A stretch of 54,283 nt of DNA, the filler included, from Sphacelaria rigidula (Eukaryota), in the NCBI GenBank assembly GCA_964200075.2. It is 5 parts of 5 records of this genome, joined end to end, with 100 filler letters (N's around TTAATTAATTAA, not from the genome) between each part and the next. Parts side by side here need not be neighbours in the genome. Positions count along the whole stretch, not along the records: positions 1 to 10,778 come from CAXNAA020005930.1; positions 10,879 to 21,655 come from CAXNAA020005931.1; 3 more parts are not named here. One strand, given 5' to 3'. Numbering within the stretch: the first letter of the stretch is position 1; each line of letters opens with the position of its first letter. Positions 1-12,508 of the stretch are shown in pieces. The notes under the pieces are model-generated. The model did no database searches. It saw nothing but the letters and a program-made list of their open reading frames with translations, and was not told the origin of the DNA. A program made the translations under genes and the position numbers.

Positions 1-272
1 TTCGTACCTTTCCTAGGCAAAAAACGAGAAGGTATACCTTTTCTAGGCCATTGCCCCAAAAATAATGGCTTGTAGGACAGGGTATGCACGAGTCATGAGT
101 CGCCGCTGCAAACCTAAAACCAGTGCTTAGCTCTGTCAAAAGTGAATGCATCAAGAGCAGTCCCTCGACAGGTGTGTGTCGTAAAAGTCAACGGTACAAC
201 ATGGAAGCGCATGCAACAAAACAATCGGCATTCGCCCTGTCTATTTCTGTATTCGTTCACCCCAAATCCCAG

Positions 273-464
273 GGCATGCTGAGAATGCGGGGAGAATATG
301 CACTCATGGCCGATGCCGACGCTGCAACAGACATTTCAGACTTCGACCGCTTGTTCGCCCGAATGAAGGAGATCGAACGCACCGGTGATTCCCCGAACGG
401 CCCGACCAATCACGCCATGGTGGTCGGTAGCAGGGCACACATGGAGGGTGAAGCGGTGGCGAAG
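273..464 (+). CDS. ALG5: ALG5 dolichyl-phosphate beta-glucosyltransferase (GT2), internal exon; 5' part of gene lies outside the contig
   Basis: AG acceptor 271-272, GTAACT donor at 465. Translates GMLRMRGEYALMADADAATDISDFDRL...VVGSRAHMEGEAVAK, with the DAD motif and GSRAH typical of ALG5. Phase 0/0. Confidence 0.92.
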
Positions 465-1104
465 GTAACTAAGTGTACAGTTTGAGACAAAAGAGTATCA
501 CATGCTTACTAGACGAATATATTCATACGCATTTAGATAGATGGATGTATATATATATAGATATAGATATATGGATAGATGAGAACGTTTTTGTTGGCAC
601 CCACATGATGACGAACGTATCCCGGCGCGAAAACGGAGAGGTAGGTACATAGCACCCTCGGAAGTGGGGCAGTCAGTGGATTATGATCTGTGCTTGGGAG
701 CCCGAGTGAGTTGTGACGTCGCTGCAGTTTGTGGCCGACCTGTAGTTTGCCCGTGAATTTTTTACTCTGCCCCCTGCCTGCAGATGGATTGCCGTATGCT
801 GCATCATGTGGAAACAGGAGGGTACCCATCCACTCGTTACAGCGTACAGTATATACCGGGTGTCATCGTGGGAATCGTAGGGTGACATGGATGAAAGACA
901 CGCTCCGATTGGAAAGTTTCCATGATTATAGTCCCGCGCGCCGCTTCGGCATTCTGCAAGATGGCATATTGACGGTGGGCTGAGTAGCCCCCCTGCTGTC
1001 CTATTTTGACACACTTTTTGTTGCATGTCTTTTTTTTTTCATTTCCTCTCTTTGCCGTGCCCTTGTGTTTGCGCGCGTGCCGTCATGTATTGATGTATTG
1101 ACAG

Positions 1105-1192
1105 CGAGCGTGGCATCGGACGGTACTCATGTACGTGTTCCACTGGTGCGTGTCTATCCTGTGCACCAGACAGATCCGAGACACACAGTGCG
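1105..1192 (+). CDS. ALG5: ALG5 internal exon
   Basis: ACAG acceptor, GTGAGT donor at 1193. RAWHRTVLMYVFHWCVSILCTRQIRDTQC(G) supplies the DTQCG motif. Phase 0/1 fits both neighbours. Confidence 0.9.
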
Positions 1193-1923
1193 GTGAGTAT
1201 ATTCTTCAAGGAAAAGGACGCTTGGTTATTCATTCGTCATGCATCAAATGGAGAATGTCGGGTCTATGGGCTTGACAGTGCGCGACAGCACTCTAAAACT
1301 GGGTTTGTTTCTGGTCGTACTTTCGAACCCCGCCCCCTCTTCTGGATTAATCCATGGTCTCAACGAATCAAGTTGTTTCTGCCGCGGTACCTCTCTCGGA
1401 CTTTGTCAGCTAACATTGGATGATGACCACGCCCGCAGCCCGTCGATGCTTCACCGAATCTCCGATGGGGTTCGAAGCCACTTGATCATAACCCAAGGTA
1501 GCGGTGCTGTACTACCTTGACCAAGGGGTGTTTCGGGACATATGTAGACCCGAGAGAACACGAATGTAGGATATGGTTCGTGGGATATGGTGCGTACGAT
1601 ATGTTGCTCGCTTTTCTAGAGTATGACATAGCCATCTACATCTACGTGGCCGCAGCTTTGGAAAGCCAGTACAGTAAGCTCGGCTACTCAAGTGCATACA
1701 TGGAAAAAGTGAAGAAGCGATAGGATTCGTACAAAGGACACCGCTGCTTTTCACCCGTTTCGAGGACACGAACGTTGCTCATCTATCGCGTGCTTTACTC
1801 TGCACAAACGGAGCATTTATTTGCATCTGAGGAAAGGTGCTGCGCGTATGGATATGACACAGTATTTGATTGTTCATTATGTGTGCGTGTTGTGTGTGAT
1901 TTTTTTTTCACTGTATCTGCCAG

Positions 1924-2042
1924 GGTTCAAGTTGTTCACTAGGGATACCGCTATGTCAATATTTGGATCTTTACATCTTCACCGGTGGGCTTTTGATACG
2001 GAGCTGGTGTACCTCTGCCAGCTGCTCGGAATACCGATGTCG
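1924..2042 (+). CDS. ALG5: ALG5 internal exon
   Basis: CCAG acceptor, GTGAGT donor at 2043. GFKLFTRDTAMSIFGSLHLHRWAFDTELVYLCQLLGIPMS carries the GFKLFTR and RWAFD.E motifs. Phase 1/0. Confidence 0.92.
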
Positions 2043-3699
2043 GTGAGTCGGACGTGGTTGCCTGCTCAGCTCCGTTCGGTCCGGTGTTGCACTCACTCGA
2101 GGCCGATCTAATCCTCGCTCAAGACTTTGGAAAACGATTATTTATCATGAGCGTGAAGTCTGTTTGATCATTGGTTATGTTTCTACTGTTGAGCATGTCT
2201 CCGTGCAACCCTCTCAGCTTCTGCTGTGTGGCACTGTACAATAATGCGACGGTGCTCGGAATAAGGTGAAATCCGAGTACGAGTAACTTGGGGGTTCGAT
2301 ACTCAAGGAACCGCGGCTTCCCCGTCCCCCCGTCAGGTATGAAATAAGGATGACAGAGTTTTTGGGAGAGCATGTAACGCCCACGGGGGGAACACAGAGT
2401 GTCTCGTGTATGAAAATCCCCGTTTTCCTACCTGCAAACAGTTTTATGCCCATTGCTTTCTAATAAGAACGTTAAATGGTCGATTTGTGTTCGGTACTGT
2501 ACTGATTGGCGGATGCCACTGCCAACAAAGTTTGTTGGTGCTGTTCGACAGTTTCTTCGAACGTTTGACCGGACCCAAAGCGGACACGTTCCCTCGGGTA
2601 AGAAGAGCCATATCAATCATCTCGACGTAGTTTCGAAAACCGAACTGTTTTGTTTCCGTACAGTAGCTGTTCCGAATTTGGGTACATATTGACATTTTGT
2701 TATCGTGTGTGGCCTCTTGGCATACGCTCTGCAGACGGAAGTTAGTAGAGTAGAGCAACGAAAGCTCCAGATTGCAGCTGACGCATTCCTCTGCACCACG
2801 CTAGCAACAGTTAGGTCACCACCACAGGTATCTTTCTTCACTCCGCATGTCAAGAAGGTCTCCACAAGTTTTTGATCTCTCTCTCTCACACACCCCTACT
2901 GGCCTGTGGCAGGCTCTTGTGGTCGGGCGCCCGGATGGACAGATACGTCATGTCGGCTAAAATCAACGACGAATAACACCCCCCCCCCCCCCCCCCCCCC
3001 CCCCGCAGCCTTCTTTAATTTGTTTGTTCTCCGCCCCTCGCCCCCGCCCGGTGTGTTCGGAAGGTGAGGGGTCANNNNNNNNNNCGGTCTCTTTAGGGTG
3101 GGGCCCCGGTTGGCAAATCACTTGCTTTCGCTTAAAATAAACGATAAAAACCCCCCCCCCCCCCCCCCCAAGTTCAAATTTGATTATCTGTTATTGTTGC
3201 CCCAGCGCACCGTCCTTGCTGGCATGTGTGTGACAGAGAACAGTAGCAGCGGTGACCGGAACATTGCCCTGTTTTTCAGCGCACAGAGGCGCATCCTGTC
3301 CAAAAAGAGAGGCAGAGAGAAATCGATCTTCGCATTGGTTACCCTCAGAGAAAAGAAGAGACGAAATCTTCCCGCAGCCCGATGTTCTACGGGGATACCT
3401 ACCGGCACATGATAAATTCGGCACGTGCTGGTAACATGCATGGTGCCAGTCTCTCGAGCGATTGGCAATCGCCCAGCGAGGGCACACAAAGGACACGGGC
3501 GAGGAGCTTCCTCTCTGTCGTTGCTTCTCTCTCTGGTGATATCGTCATCGACACGCGTGTACACCGCAGTCGTTCGGTGCATTCAGCCACAACTGATGAT
3601 TCACAGTTGCAGAGTATTGGGGGGAGAGATGGTTTTGCTCTGTGTTACTGTTTCGCATCGCCCCTGCAAATAAGATATGCCACGTGAACCTCACTTTTG

Positions 3700-4050
3700 A
3701 GATCGACCCCATTTTTCAGGATCCGCTGTTACTCGAGGTAATCTGGGGCATTCAGTACTCTCTGCAGACGAGTACTCGAGGTGTTCTGGAATCTCAGTAT
3801 TCTCGGCAGTCGAGTACTCCAGGTACTCTAGAATACCCAGTATTTTCGGTAGTCGGTTACTTCAGGTATTCACTCTGAGATACACCGCATTTTGAAGGAG
3901 CCAGTACTCTGGGTGCTCTGGAACTCGGTGTTTCCGACAGGCGACTGCTGGAGGTACTCCAGTATCCGCAGTATGGCATTCGGTACTTCAGTTATTACGT
4001 AGTACCGAGTGCTGAAAATACACTGAAAGTCCAGAACTGCATCCTTTGCA
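3700..4050. repeat. Degenerate ~35-40 bp minisatellite family (GGTACCCTGGAATACTCGGTATTTTC-like), in an ALG5 intron
   Basis: Repeated GAGTACTC/GGAATACTC/GTATTTTCGG units; the same family occurs at about 38400-38945, 39120-39145 and 42290-42420. Confidence 0.6.
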
Positions 4051-5147
4051 CATTTCAATAATGTGTACTAACTGTTGTACAGTCCAGTCCAGTATGAAGT
4101 GCGTTGCTGAGTGAATCCTGTTGGGCCAAGTCTATGCTGTCCGCGCCAGACCTGCGCAGCGATGGATAGCAATGACCCTGTGGGCTGTAGTGCAGTACAG
4201 ACAAAGCAGTCCAGTACCTCTCTCGTCCAGTGTACCTGGATGCAGCAGACAACAACCCGAGCTCAGACAGTAGCCCCCACGAAAGGGTTCCACGCCAGGT
4301 CAGCTACAATACGAAACATTAGTAAGAGGACAAGCAGAATCGTATTCTACAATAACAGACCCAGCTAGACCCTCGGAGAGCAGTAAACATCTGTTTGAAA
4401 AAATATGACGTGGACTCGTGCGATCGATGAAATCCGGCCACTAGAAGCCGGGGCCGGGCTTGCGCGGACTTGAGAGCTATGCTGCGCGTAGAGCATTATA
4501 GGGAAAGTAGGTGCTTTTAGTGCGCTGATTGATGCAACTGCGTGAACCAGCTTCACACACGGTTCGGAGGACAGGACCTTAGTTTCCGAAGGATCAAGGG
4601 TGTGAGATGTTGCCCGCGCTGTCTGCAAATCGTTGGAGGTATTGAATGTCGCTGAGATGACCCTACCTCTGGCATCCCTTGCCCTAGTGTATGGTGGTGA
4701 TGGCTCGGGTTATTCACGGTATTATTGAGCTGCGTTGTCACATCAAGTGCAGCATCAAGTCACGATATTTCGTGTGGCGTCGTTGATCTTCCCGCCTGGA
4801 AAAATACCAGTTTTGCAGGGTCTTTCGGCCAGGGCGTGCATCGTCTGGTCTCGTGCGAATTGCGACATTACTGGAATTTCTATCGGGGAGGGGGGCGGGT
4901 AGAGGGTACAGGCCATCTTTCTGCGTCTGGGGACTTTCATGTCATTTCGATCCTGGTGAGGTAGCTGAACCGCCCGAGGTTAGTGTGGTGTTGGTCGAAA
5001 CACTTTCGGTCCTCTCCGTCGCTGCAAGGCCGATGCTTTGAGCGTACCTGTTGTTCCGATTCTTCTGTCATTTCGATAGACGGACCAGTCATTCACAGTC
5101 ACTTTGTTTTTCTGTTGGAAACATGTTCTGTTGATCGAATCACGCAG

Positions 5148-5396
5148 GAAGTACCGGTGAACTGGCACGAGGTGGAGGGTTCTAAACTGATCCGATCGAA
5201 ACTGGACATCATCACCACATCCGCTGCGATGCTGAGAGATATGCTTTGCGTGAAAGTTTGCTATCTTCTGGGGGTGTGGAAGACAGCATCAGACGCAGTT
5301 GGCTCGTCATCGTGGGGAGCACGTTCGGGTGCATCGCAGAGTACGCCGGAAGAAGGGATGGATCATGGTACCGAGGAGGACAAGAGCACTGGATGA
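5148..5396 (+). CDS. ALG5: ALG5 terminal exon
   Basis: GCAG acceptor. EVPVNWHEVEGSKL...MLRDMLCVKVCYLLGVW matches the ALG5 C-terminus; stop TGA 5394-5396. Confidence 0.92.
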   Translation, partial: EVPVNWHEVEGSKLIRSKLDIITTSAAMLRDMLCVKVCYLLGVWKTASDAVGSSSWGARSGASQSTPEEGMDHGTEEDKSTG

Positions 5397-6766
5397 TGAC
5401 AATCTGTAGATTCTGGTTTGGGAGCATCTGGGTTGGAAGTTCGTCATTTTTTTCACACATGTGTATAGCGAGGCAGAATATAGTGAGCTAGGTTCTACTA
5501 TTGTATAGTGCTGTGTAAGGCATATATAGAGGGAACGGCGGGCTAGCATGTACGTTGAATTTCAAGTCTGTGCTGTGTGCGTTTGTTTTGAAATACCGTG
5601 TACGTGAAGACTACTCGAAAGTGAGTGGCCACAAGTTACCTATAGAGAAAGAAAAGTACTCTTCGAACATCGGCGGCAGCAAGAGATAACTGTAATTGCT
5701 CGGTGATCACAGGGTCCCGCCTCCATCACCACGACAAAAAGGAAACACCGAAGACGAACCCACGAAAAATAAAGCGGGGAACGGAGGTCGAAAAATGGCA
5801 GAGGGGCAGCAACAAGCCTCGGGTGGTGACCCGGATCACCGAAGACAGGGATGAGACTGTGTAATATTGTCTTCAATCGCTAGCCGGCGAAAAAGGCGAC
5901 CACTAGACTCTTCCTGGTATATATACTGACCGTCGTCCAGCGTTAGGATAGCGGGACTGAGGGGGTGAGGGGCGGGGGCGAGGGCGGAGGCGGGGGGGGG
6001 ATGGGGAGTATATCAAGACTACCTGTACGGACATACAGCGCGACAAACGTCAGTAGGGTATGGCCAATGTCGGTAGAGAGCGAAGCATTCTTTGCACGAT
6101 CATATAATCCACGGCTGTACTCTTAATTCGTTCTGGAAGAATGAAGCACCCCCCACGGTACATCGCCGCATGGCCTGCTTCCAAACTACAGTATACGGGT
6201 ATTTACCGGTAACAAGTCGGCGCTTAACGCTTCCACTTCGACGGTGAACTCGTACACTTTCGTCTCTTCAGCCTTGTCAATCCGACGAATTTCGTCTGCT
6301 TTGCTAATCCCAAGCTACATTTGTTTTTGTTATTTTGCTGTAGAAAGAAATGAGACCAACTCTTATGGGAACCGTTCAAAGTTGAAATCGCGCCCGATTT
6401 TGAACGAAATGTGAGGAAATACACTTTGTGGAACAAAATCAATGATGAATTTGAAAAAAAACGCCCGATTTTGAGTTTAGCTCAGCGGGCGGGTTCCTGA
6501 TTAGGATGAATGAAGTACACCCATTTTGAACGCATGACCAACATTCAGAAGCTGTTCAAAATTGGGTGAAGAACTTAGTTATGAGATATATCAGGTTTTC
6601 GCCTCTGTGGCACGAGCACACTCACGCCCTGTCTTGTGCTGTAACTGTCACTGTACTGTAGTGTCTTGAGAACTTGCCAGGGCGATTTGGCCTCTCCGCT
6701 GGGATCGCCTGGGCTGCTCTACCGTTGTTGTGTTCCGCTCTATACAACTTAATTGTAATCGGAACG

Positions 6767-7200
6767 TGTGCAGATTATGCGTTGGGCATAGATCTCATAC
6801 ATGGGTTCTCCGGCATGTAGTCAACCAGCCTGGTAGGAGCCAGTACGGTTCAGTACAAAGTACGAACTGAAACAGTCGGGGAACCGGCACTACTGTAGCC
6901 AGTTTTCAGCAGAGCCAAAACGACTCAGCAGCTCTACAGTATATTGCAAGCTGTATAACTGGGGCTTGGGACTGGGATTGAGAGAGAGGGGGTTCAGATA
7001 GAGCTGTACACAAGCGGGTGACACCCGAATGAATAACGAAAAGCACGGCGATGCAGCGCCCCACTCGGGTCCGTCGTCTGCACAACCCATCAAGTTATCT
7101 CGTGACAATTGCCTTGCTCCACTATAAAACGGTGCACTACGAGGAGGCGCGAGGAGGCGCGCCACGGCCACATTAAACACCTCACAAGTGTACCTGTACA
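6767..7200 (+). repeat. 5' LTR of the Copia-like element
   Basis: Colinear with 9619-10026 along its whole length; TATAAAA and ATTAAA-like motifs near the 3' end. Confidence 0.75.
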
Positions 7201-7759
7201 GGTTTGTGAGCCTCGAGGAGTATGGAGAGAGACCCACGCACGTTGCCAATCTGAACGGGCGCTCGTGAGCACTCGCGAGAAACAGGGGACGCATGGAGAC
7301 GCTCCATCGCTGGACACGCAGGGGGGAAGGGACTGTACCCCCGGCGGCGACCGGATTACAACACACCGGCCGTTCCGACAGCGACCACAACCCTCAACCA
7401 GCGTAGGGCATACGAAACGTACTAACGCAATATACAGTCATTGTGGTTCCTCCTGTCACAGGCTACGAAAGGGTCAGCCGCAGCCATCGTCGCATGATGC
7501 GAGCACGGCGGCAACCCTATCGACAGGCAAGTCTGGCTGAAGATAGCACGGATCTATACGGAGGACGTGCACAGGACGAGCGGCCAGTGCAACTACTTGC
7601 ATTGATTGGAACGAAGACTACGGGATCTCCAATGCAATTCTGCAGAAGAATCAGAAGATTTTATGGTGAAGCTGGACGCCATCTGGGGGGAATTTGAAGC
7701 GCTTGGAAACGTCGAAGCCGAGGAGACTAAGGATCGTTATCATCGACACAGTTTTTTCT

Positions 7760-8440
7760 GAGATCGCCATCATTTTGGGCGTTTTCGCACCTGGTGCTTG
7801 GCGTTCTCCGAAAATGAAGTGGCTAAATTTTTTCGCCGAGCCTCCACGTTGGGCAATATACATAAAGGGGGTACACCCTGTTGCTTTTGGAACAAAAGAG
7901 GGCAACGCATTTTTCGCTTTGGGGCGCGGCGCTGCACGCGGGCTGAACACCTCGAAAACACGTTATAGCGTCTCAGCCCCACGCCCAAGGTGTCTGGGCA
8001 GCATGCCCGACCATGTTTTTCATTTTCATAAGTGTTACTAGCCTGAAATATGGCATCGAAAATGAGAGCCTGTGAGAGTACCCTTTTTTGTAAACAAACC
8101 AGGAGGGTACACCCTGCCTTCTGCTCAAAATTATCTCTTTCCCCTTTTTTGTTCACCTGTTGACCCTTTTTTGTGAAGTGGTGACCGTACAGCTGGCTTA
8201 GAAGAAGATACGCCGAGCAGTCACAACCATAGCCATTTTGATTAAATTACCCTTTCACCAGAAAAGGCCGAAACCCACCGACCAAGAGATTGTAGCCCCC
8301 TGCTATAGTTGGCCCGAGGACCCAAAAGATCCAATGATGCATACAGGGCGCTTGTGTGCCGGAGCTCCCAAAGATCCAACGAACATGTGTGAACATCTTC
8401 CCGGCACACACGCTCACACGGCGTCACGTGGTGATAAGGT
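7760..8440 (+). mobile_element. Dispersed non-coding repeat family A (non-autonomous DNA transposon-like), inserted in the Copia relic
   Basis: Shares blocks (GGGTACACCC, GCGGCGCTGCAC...GAACACCTC, CCCAAGGTG.CTGGGCAGCATGCCC, GTGGTGACCGTAC) with about 10880-10990 (-), 22140-22720, 26345-26910, 27260-27790 (-), 47255-47590 and 48515-48780. Boundaries approximate. Confidence 0.65.
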
Positions 8441-9618
8441 CAGACTGTTGCGGGATCTGCGATTCGCGGCTCGGGAACAAGGATGGGCACCGACCGGATT
8501 CCGGATCGGAGGAAGAACGCGTGAATCGAATGACGTAAACTGTACAATCGTACAACACATCATGTTTGAACCAGAGGCCAAAATCCTAGACATCGTGGCG
8601 GAGCTGAAGGCTGTCGGACTGGGAGGCGACGAGGACGGCCCATCGGAAGAAGAGAACGCAGCACCAATCGACGGCGATGATGGCCCGGGTGGACAGCCAC
8701 CATAGGGCCCGACATCATTGAAGCGCAATTCTCCGGAGAGTGGACTGCGCAGGTCCAGTCGACTGGCGCAACGGCATCGGGGGGACAACGCACAGCAACG
8801 CTTCAGGAGTTCTGACGACAGCAGTTTTGATGACGGAAATTGCCTCGCCACCCTTCTACAAGATCAGGACAAATGCGCATTCTGCATGCATGCTCGGGGG
8901 CAGAATCTTCACTGGGCCACAGGAACCGTCGACAGCGCAAAAAGCACTGGGAGGGCTTGGTGCTGACAGACGAAACGTGACCATGGAAGAGGAAATCCAA
9001 CGGAAGGACAATGGGCCCCAGAGCCCAGAGGTCGGTTAACCGAGAGGCCGGTGAATTGCTGGGACCACGGGTGCCACCGGCGGCGCCTGTAACTCGTGCG
9101 AGCCCAAACGCGGACGAGCGCTCCGAAAGCCCAAAGACGGAGGCACCGCGAACAAGAAAGGAGCAATAGATCGGACTAGTGGATTGCGTCTTCTCGAACG
9201 GAGATGGCCATGAACAGGGTCGAGTCACCGAACCAACGGAGACACTGGGCGATAACCGAGGGGCGAAGCTCGAGAATAAATGCGCGCCGAGCGGGGACGA
9301 TTCCACCCTTGACCAAGGAGCAAAGGGAACAGCCCGCGGCAAAGAAACCGGTGAAGGCGGTGGAGGGGCCACCGGAAGGTGCGGGATGCATGCCACTAAA
9401 GGACACTCTCGCACAAAGCCAACCAACGTTAGAGGCAATGTTCTCGACGGAAGATGTCAAAACGCAAACTGTGACGGAAGTCGGGACGAGTCCGGAGGAT
9501 CCAGGTTTATACGTGACTTCAATGACATTCGATGGAGGGATTCATTTGTCTCGTATCGAGCACGTTGTGTGTGATCGTATCAGCTCTCTGATGTTACCGT
9601 TGTACGGTCATAGAGGGT

Positions 9619-10026
9619 TGTGCAGATTATGTATTGGACATGGATCTCATACCTAGATTCTCCGGCATGTGGTCAACCAACCGGGTAGGAGCCAGTACGG
9701 TTCAGTCCCAAGTACCAACTGGAACAGTCCGGAAACCGGCACTGTAGCCACTTTTCAGCAGAGCCAGAACGGCTCCGCAGCTCTGTATTGTGAGCTTTAT
9801 AGTTGAGGCTTAGGGCTGGGATTGAGAGAGAGGAGGTTCAGATAGAGCTGTACACAAGCGGGTGGCATGCGAATGAATAACAAAAAGCACGGCGATGCAG
9901 CGCCCCACTCGAGCCCGTCGTCTGCTCAACCCATCAAGATATATCGTGACAATTGCCTTGCTCCGCTATAAAATAGTGCACTACGAGGAAGCGCGCAACG
10001 GCCACATTAAACACCTTACAAGTGCA
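9619..10026 (+). repeat. 3' LTR of the Copia-like element
   Basis: Direct repeat of 6767-7190, preceded by a short purine tract. Confidence 0.75.
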
Positions 10027-10778
10027 CGGAATTTAGTACTGCCTTGTAAAAGTTGCTACCGCCGTGAGTTGCTTCTTGGATGCTGTGTCTTCCGGTGTTG
10101 TAGCTGACACTGAAGTGTGGTGCGTTTGAACCTTTCGAAGGCGGTTTGATCTGCGATAGGGATTGTATTGCAATGTTGTTGTGTCCTGGGCGGTAAGAAA
10201 AATACAGTCGACACGCAGTCCTCTTTGAGCAACGCTGAAAACGCCACGGTGTGTTGGCTGTTGGGTCCTCTATGTAAAACGAACAAGGTGCTCCGTGACC
10301 ACACCGATCTTTCCTATGCTGTAGCTGTCCCTGTACTGCGGTACATTTGAGCCCTACGAACAAAATTTGACCTGTGCCGAACATTGCCTGAGCTGCTCTA
10401 CTGTACTGCTGCTGTGTCTGGTCCGTAAAAACTTGAGGTGGAAGAACAGCGCAGTCTATCTGCACATGGTTAAAAATATCAGATGATGACTGTGCAGCTG
10501 TTGTGTCTTTCGATGCTGTTGTCGAGGTGTAAAATTCCTCGTTTCCGATTTTGTGCCGTAAGACCCACTTTTATGGCAAGCGCGGATCTTGATTTTGTCA
10601 AAATCGGGGGGACAAAAAGTCGGGGAACGCATTTTATGAACATGGATTTGGACCAAGTCGGGGTCGAAAAAATCTGGAGAGTCACGATCGCGGAACGGTT
10701 TTCCCCGATTTTTCGAAAAAATCGGGGGATAAGACCCACTTTTATGGCAAACGAATCCCGATTTTTTTGGACCCTGAT

Positions 10779-10878
10779 NNNNNNNNNNNNNNNNNNNNNN
10801 NNNNNNNNNNNNNNNNNNNNNNTTAATTAATTAANNNNNNNNNNNNNNNNNNNNNNNNNNNNNNNNNNNNNNNNNNNN
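10779..10878. other. Artificial contig linker N44-TTAATTAATTAA-N44
   Basis: Six-frame stop linker in a 100-nt gap, repeated identically four times in the window. Confidence 0.97.
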
Positions 10879-11004
10879 GTGTTTTCGAGGTGTTCAGCCA
10901 GCTTGCAGCGCCGCGCCCCAAAGCAAACAATGCGCCACCCTTTTTTGCTCCAAAAGCATAAGGGTGTACCCTTTTTTGTATATCGCCCTTGTTTATTTGT
11001 AGAT

Positions 11005-11480
11005 AATAAGGCTACTCCTTATGTATAATAAAAAGAATGTTAAAAAGTGCATTTTTGGACCTTCTCCGTCGTTTTTTCCCCGAAAAGAGGGCTAAGCGGC
11101 TATTGACACCTGGGGATGTCTTGCTCTACTCGCTGAGACCGTGCCAGAGCACACATACGTTCCCGTAGGTTACGGTTTCGTTTTTGGTCAAACTTGAATT
11201 TTCAATAACAAACGGTCGGGTTACCGAAAAAATGTGAGTCTTCCCCCTGTTTTTAGATGACTGGACCGTTTGTTATTGAAAATGTAACTTTGGCCAAAAA
11301 CGGAAGTGTCACCTACGGGAAACGCATGTGCGCTCTGGAACCGTCTCAGCGAGTAGAGCAAGTAATTCCAAGGTGTCAACAGCTGCCTAGCCCTCTTCTC
11401 GGGGGAAAAACGACGGAGAAGCGAAAAAAAATGCACTTTTCAACAAATTTTACTTCTTGATAGATAAGAAGTAGCCTAAA
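11005..11480. mobile_element. Palindromic MITE family B (~450 bp foldback)
   Basis: Left arm (AGGCTACT...GACACCT.GG.ATG.CTTGCTCTACTCGCTGAGAC) is the reverse complement of the right arm (GTCTCAGCGAGTAGAGCAAG...CCAAGGTGTCAAC...AGTAGCCT). Other copies at about 11540-11919, 32728-33185 and 39480-39960. Confidence 0.75.
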
Positions 11481-11539
11481 CGACGGAGAAGGGTGAAAAA
11501 TGCACTTTTCAAGTTTTCTATTTTGATACATAAGAAGTA

Positions 11540-11919
11540 GCCTTATGTATAAAAAAATAAAAGTTGCTGAAAAGTGCACTTTTGGCCCTTCTCCGTCGTT
11601 TTCCCCCCGAAAAGAGGGCTAGGCGGCTGTCGACACCTAGGAATGACTTGCTCTACTCGCCGAGACGGTTTCTGAGCACCTTTGTGTTTGCCGTAGGTCA
11701 CGCTTCCATTTTAGGCCAAACTTGCATTTTCAATAACAAAAGGTCAAATGACCGAAAAAATGTCAGTTTCCCCCCTGTTTTTAGATAACTCGACCGTTTG
11801 TTATTGAAATTGCAAGTTTGGCCAAAAACGAAACCGTGACCTACGGGAAACGCAAATGTGCTCTGGGACCGTCTCAGCGAGTAGAGCAAGTCATTCCAAG
11901 GTGTCAACACCCGCCTAGT
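11540..11919. mobile_element. MITE family B copy interrupted by the Gypsy LTR insertion
   Basis: The right arm stops at CCAAGGTGTCAACACCCGCCTAG, where other copies continue CCCTCTT; TGTCATG (LTR start) follows. Confidence 0.7.
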
Positions 11920-12495
11920 TGTCATGAGGAAGGAAAAGAGAGAGGCGTTATTTGTTCCCACAGACAACTTTGGGCACGTTGGCTCACAGATCACTCGATC
12001 TGTCCACGGGAATGCTCCCATAGCTCTAGAGAAGGTCGATGTACAAACTACGTTCTGGGAAGATTGGTGTACAGACTGGTGTACCCTAGCTGGGGAAGAG
12101 TAGTGTACAGATTGGTGTGCCCTAGTCCCGGGGAGGCGATACGCCTTTCCGGGCCGAGTTCAAGAATAGGTTGCGCTACTGTGTCTCATGCACACTGGCT
12201 CACACTCTTGAGCTGCCCTCCGAGCCGGACATCTGCTTCTACTATTTACCTTTGGTGAGAACAGTGTGCTAGGCGAGCAAGAAAATAATAAGTGAGAGTT
12301 ACAAGATATCAAGCCTTCGAGCTCCTTGGTTTGTTTGCTACTGTGACCAACAGTCGCGTGAACCTGTGTGTGAGACACACATCTGCAGCTTGTTCTACCC
12401 GGGCATATTGCACCTCGTGCATCTTACCAAGCTTGCAGTGCGTTGAATCTATCAAGGAAGGTGTGTGGAACCTGTCCATATCTATCCATGTTACA
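11920..12495 (+). repeat. 5' LTR (576 bp) of the Gypsy element
   Basis: TGT...ACA termini, starts exactly where a MITE is interrupted, and is followed 1 nt later by a TGG-initiated PBS. No second copy available to confirm. Confidence 0.7.
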
Positions 12496-12496
12496 C

Positions 12497-12508
12497 TGGC
12501 GTCGACGG
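12497..12508 (+). promoter_or_regulatory. Primer binding site, 5' part (TGGCGTCGACGG), tRNA-Ser-like; remainder CAGG on the minus strand at 18965-18968
   Basis: The joined sequence TGGCGTCGACGGCAGG is complementary to a tRNA 3' end CCTGCCGTCGACG-CCA, resembling eukaryotic tRNA-Ser acceptor ends. Confidence 0.7.

Larger units (their letters stand above)
6765..10026 (+). mobile_element. Old, internally deleted Ty1/Copia-like LTR retrotransposon (non-autonomous)
   Basis: Two diverged ~410-430 bp direct repeats (about 6767-7200 and 9619-10026) starting TGTGCAG. GGTTTGTGAGCC after the 5' copy resembles a half-tRNA-Met PBS; a purine run AGAGGG precedes the 3' copy; candidate TSD CGGAA at 6760-6764 and 10027-10031. 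No intact pol. Confidence 0.7.

Noticed and set aside
10823-10834. TTAATTAATTAA palindrome as a biological site
   Set aside because: Embedded in N runs and repeated at every join; it is an artificial linker.
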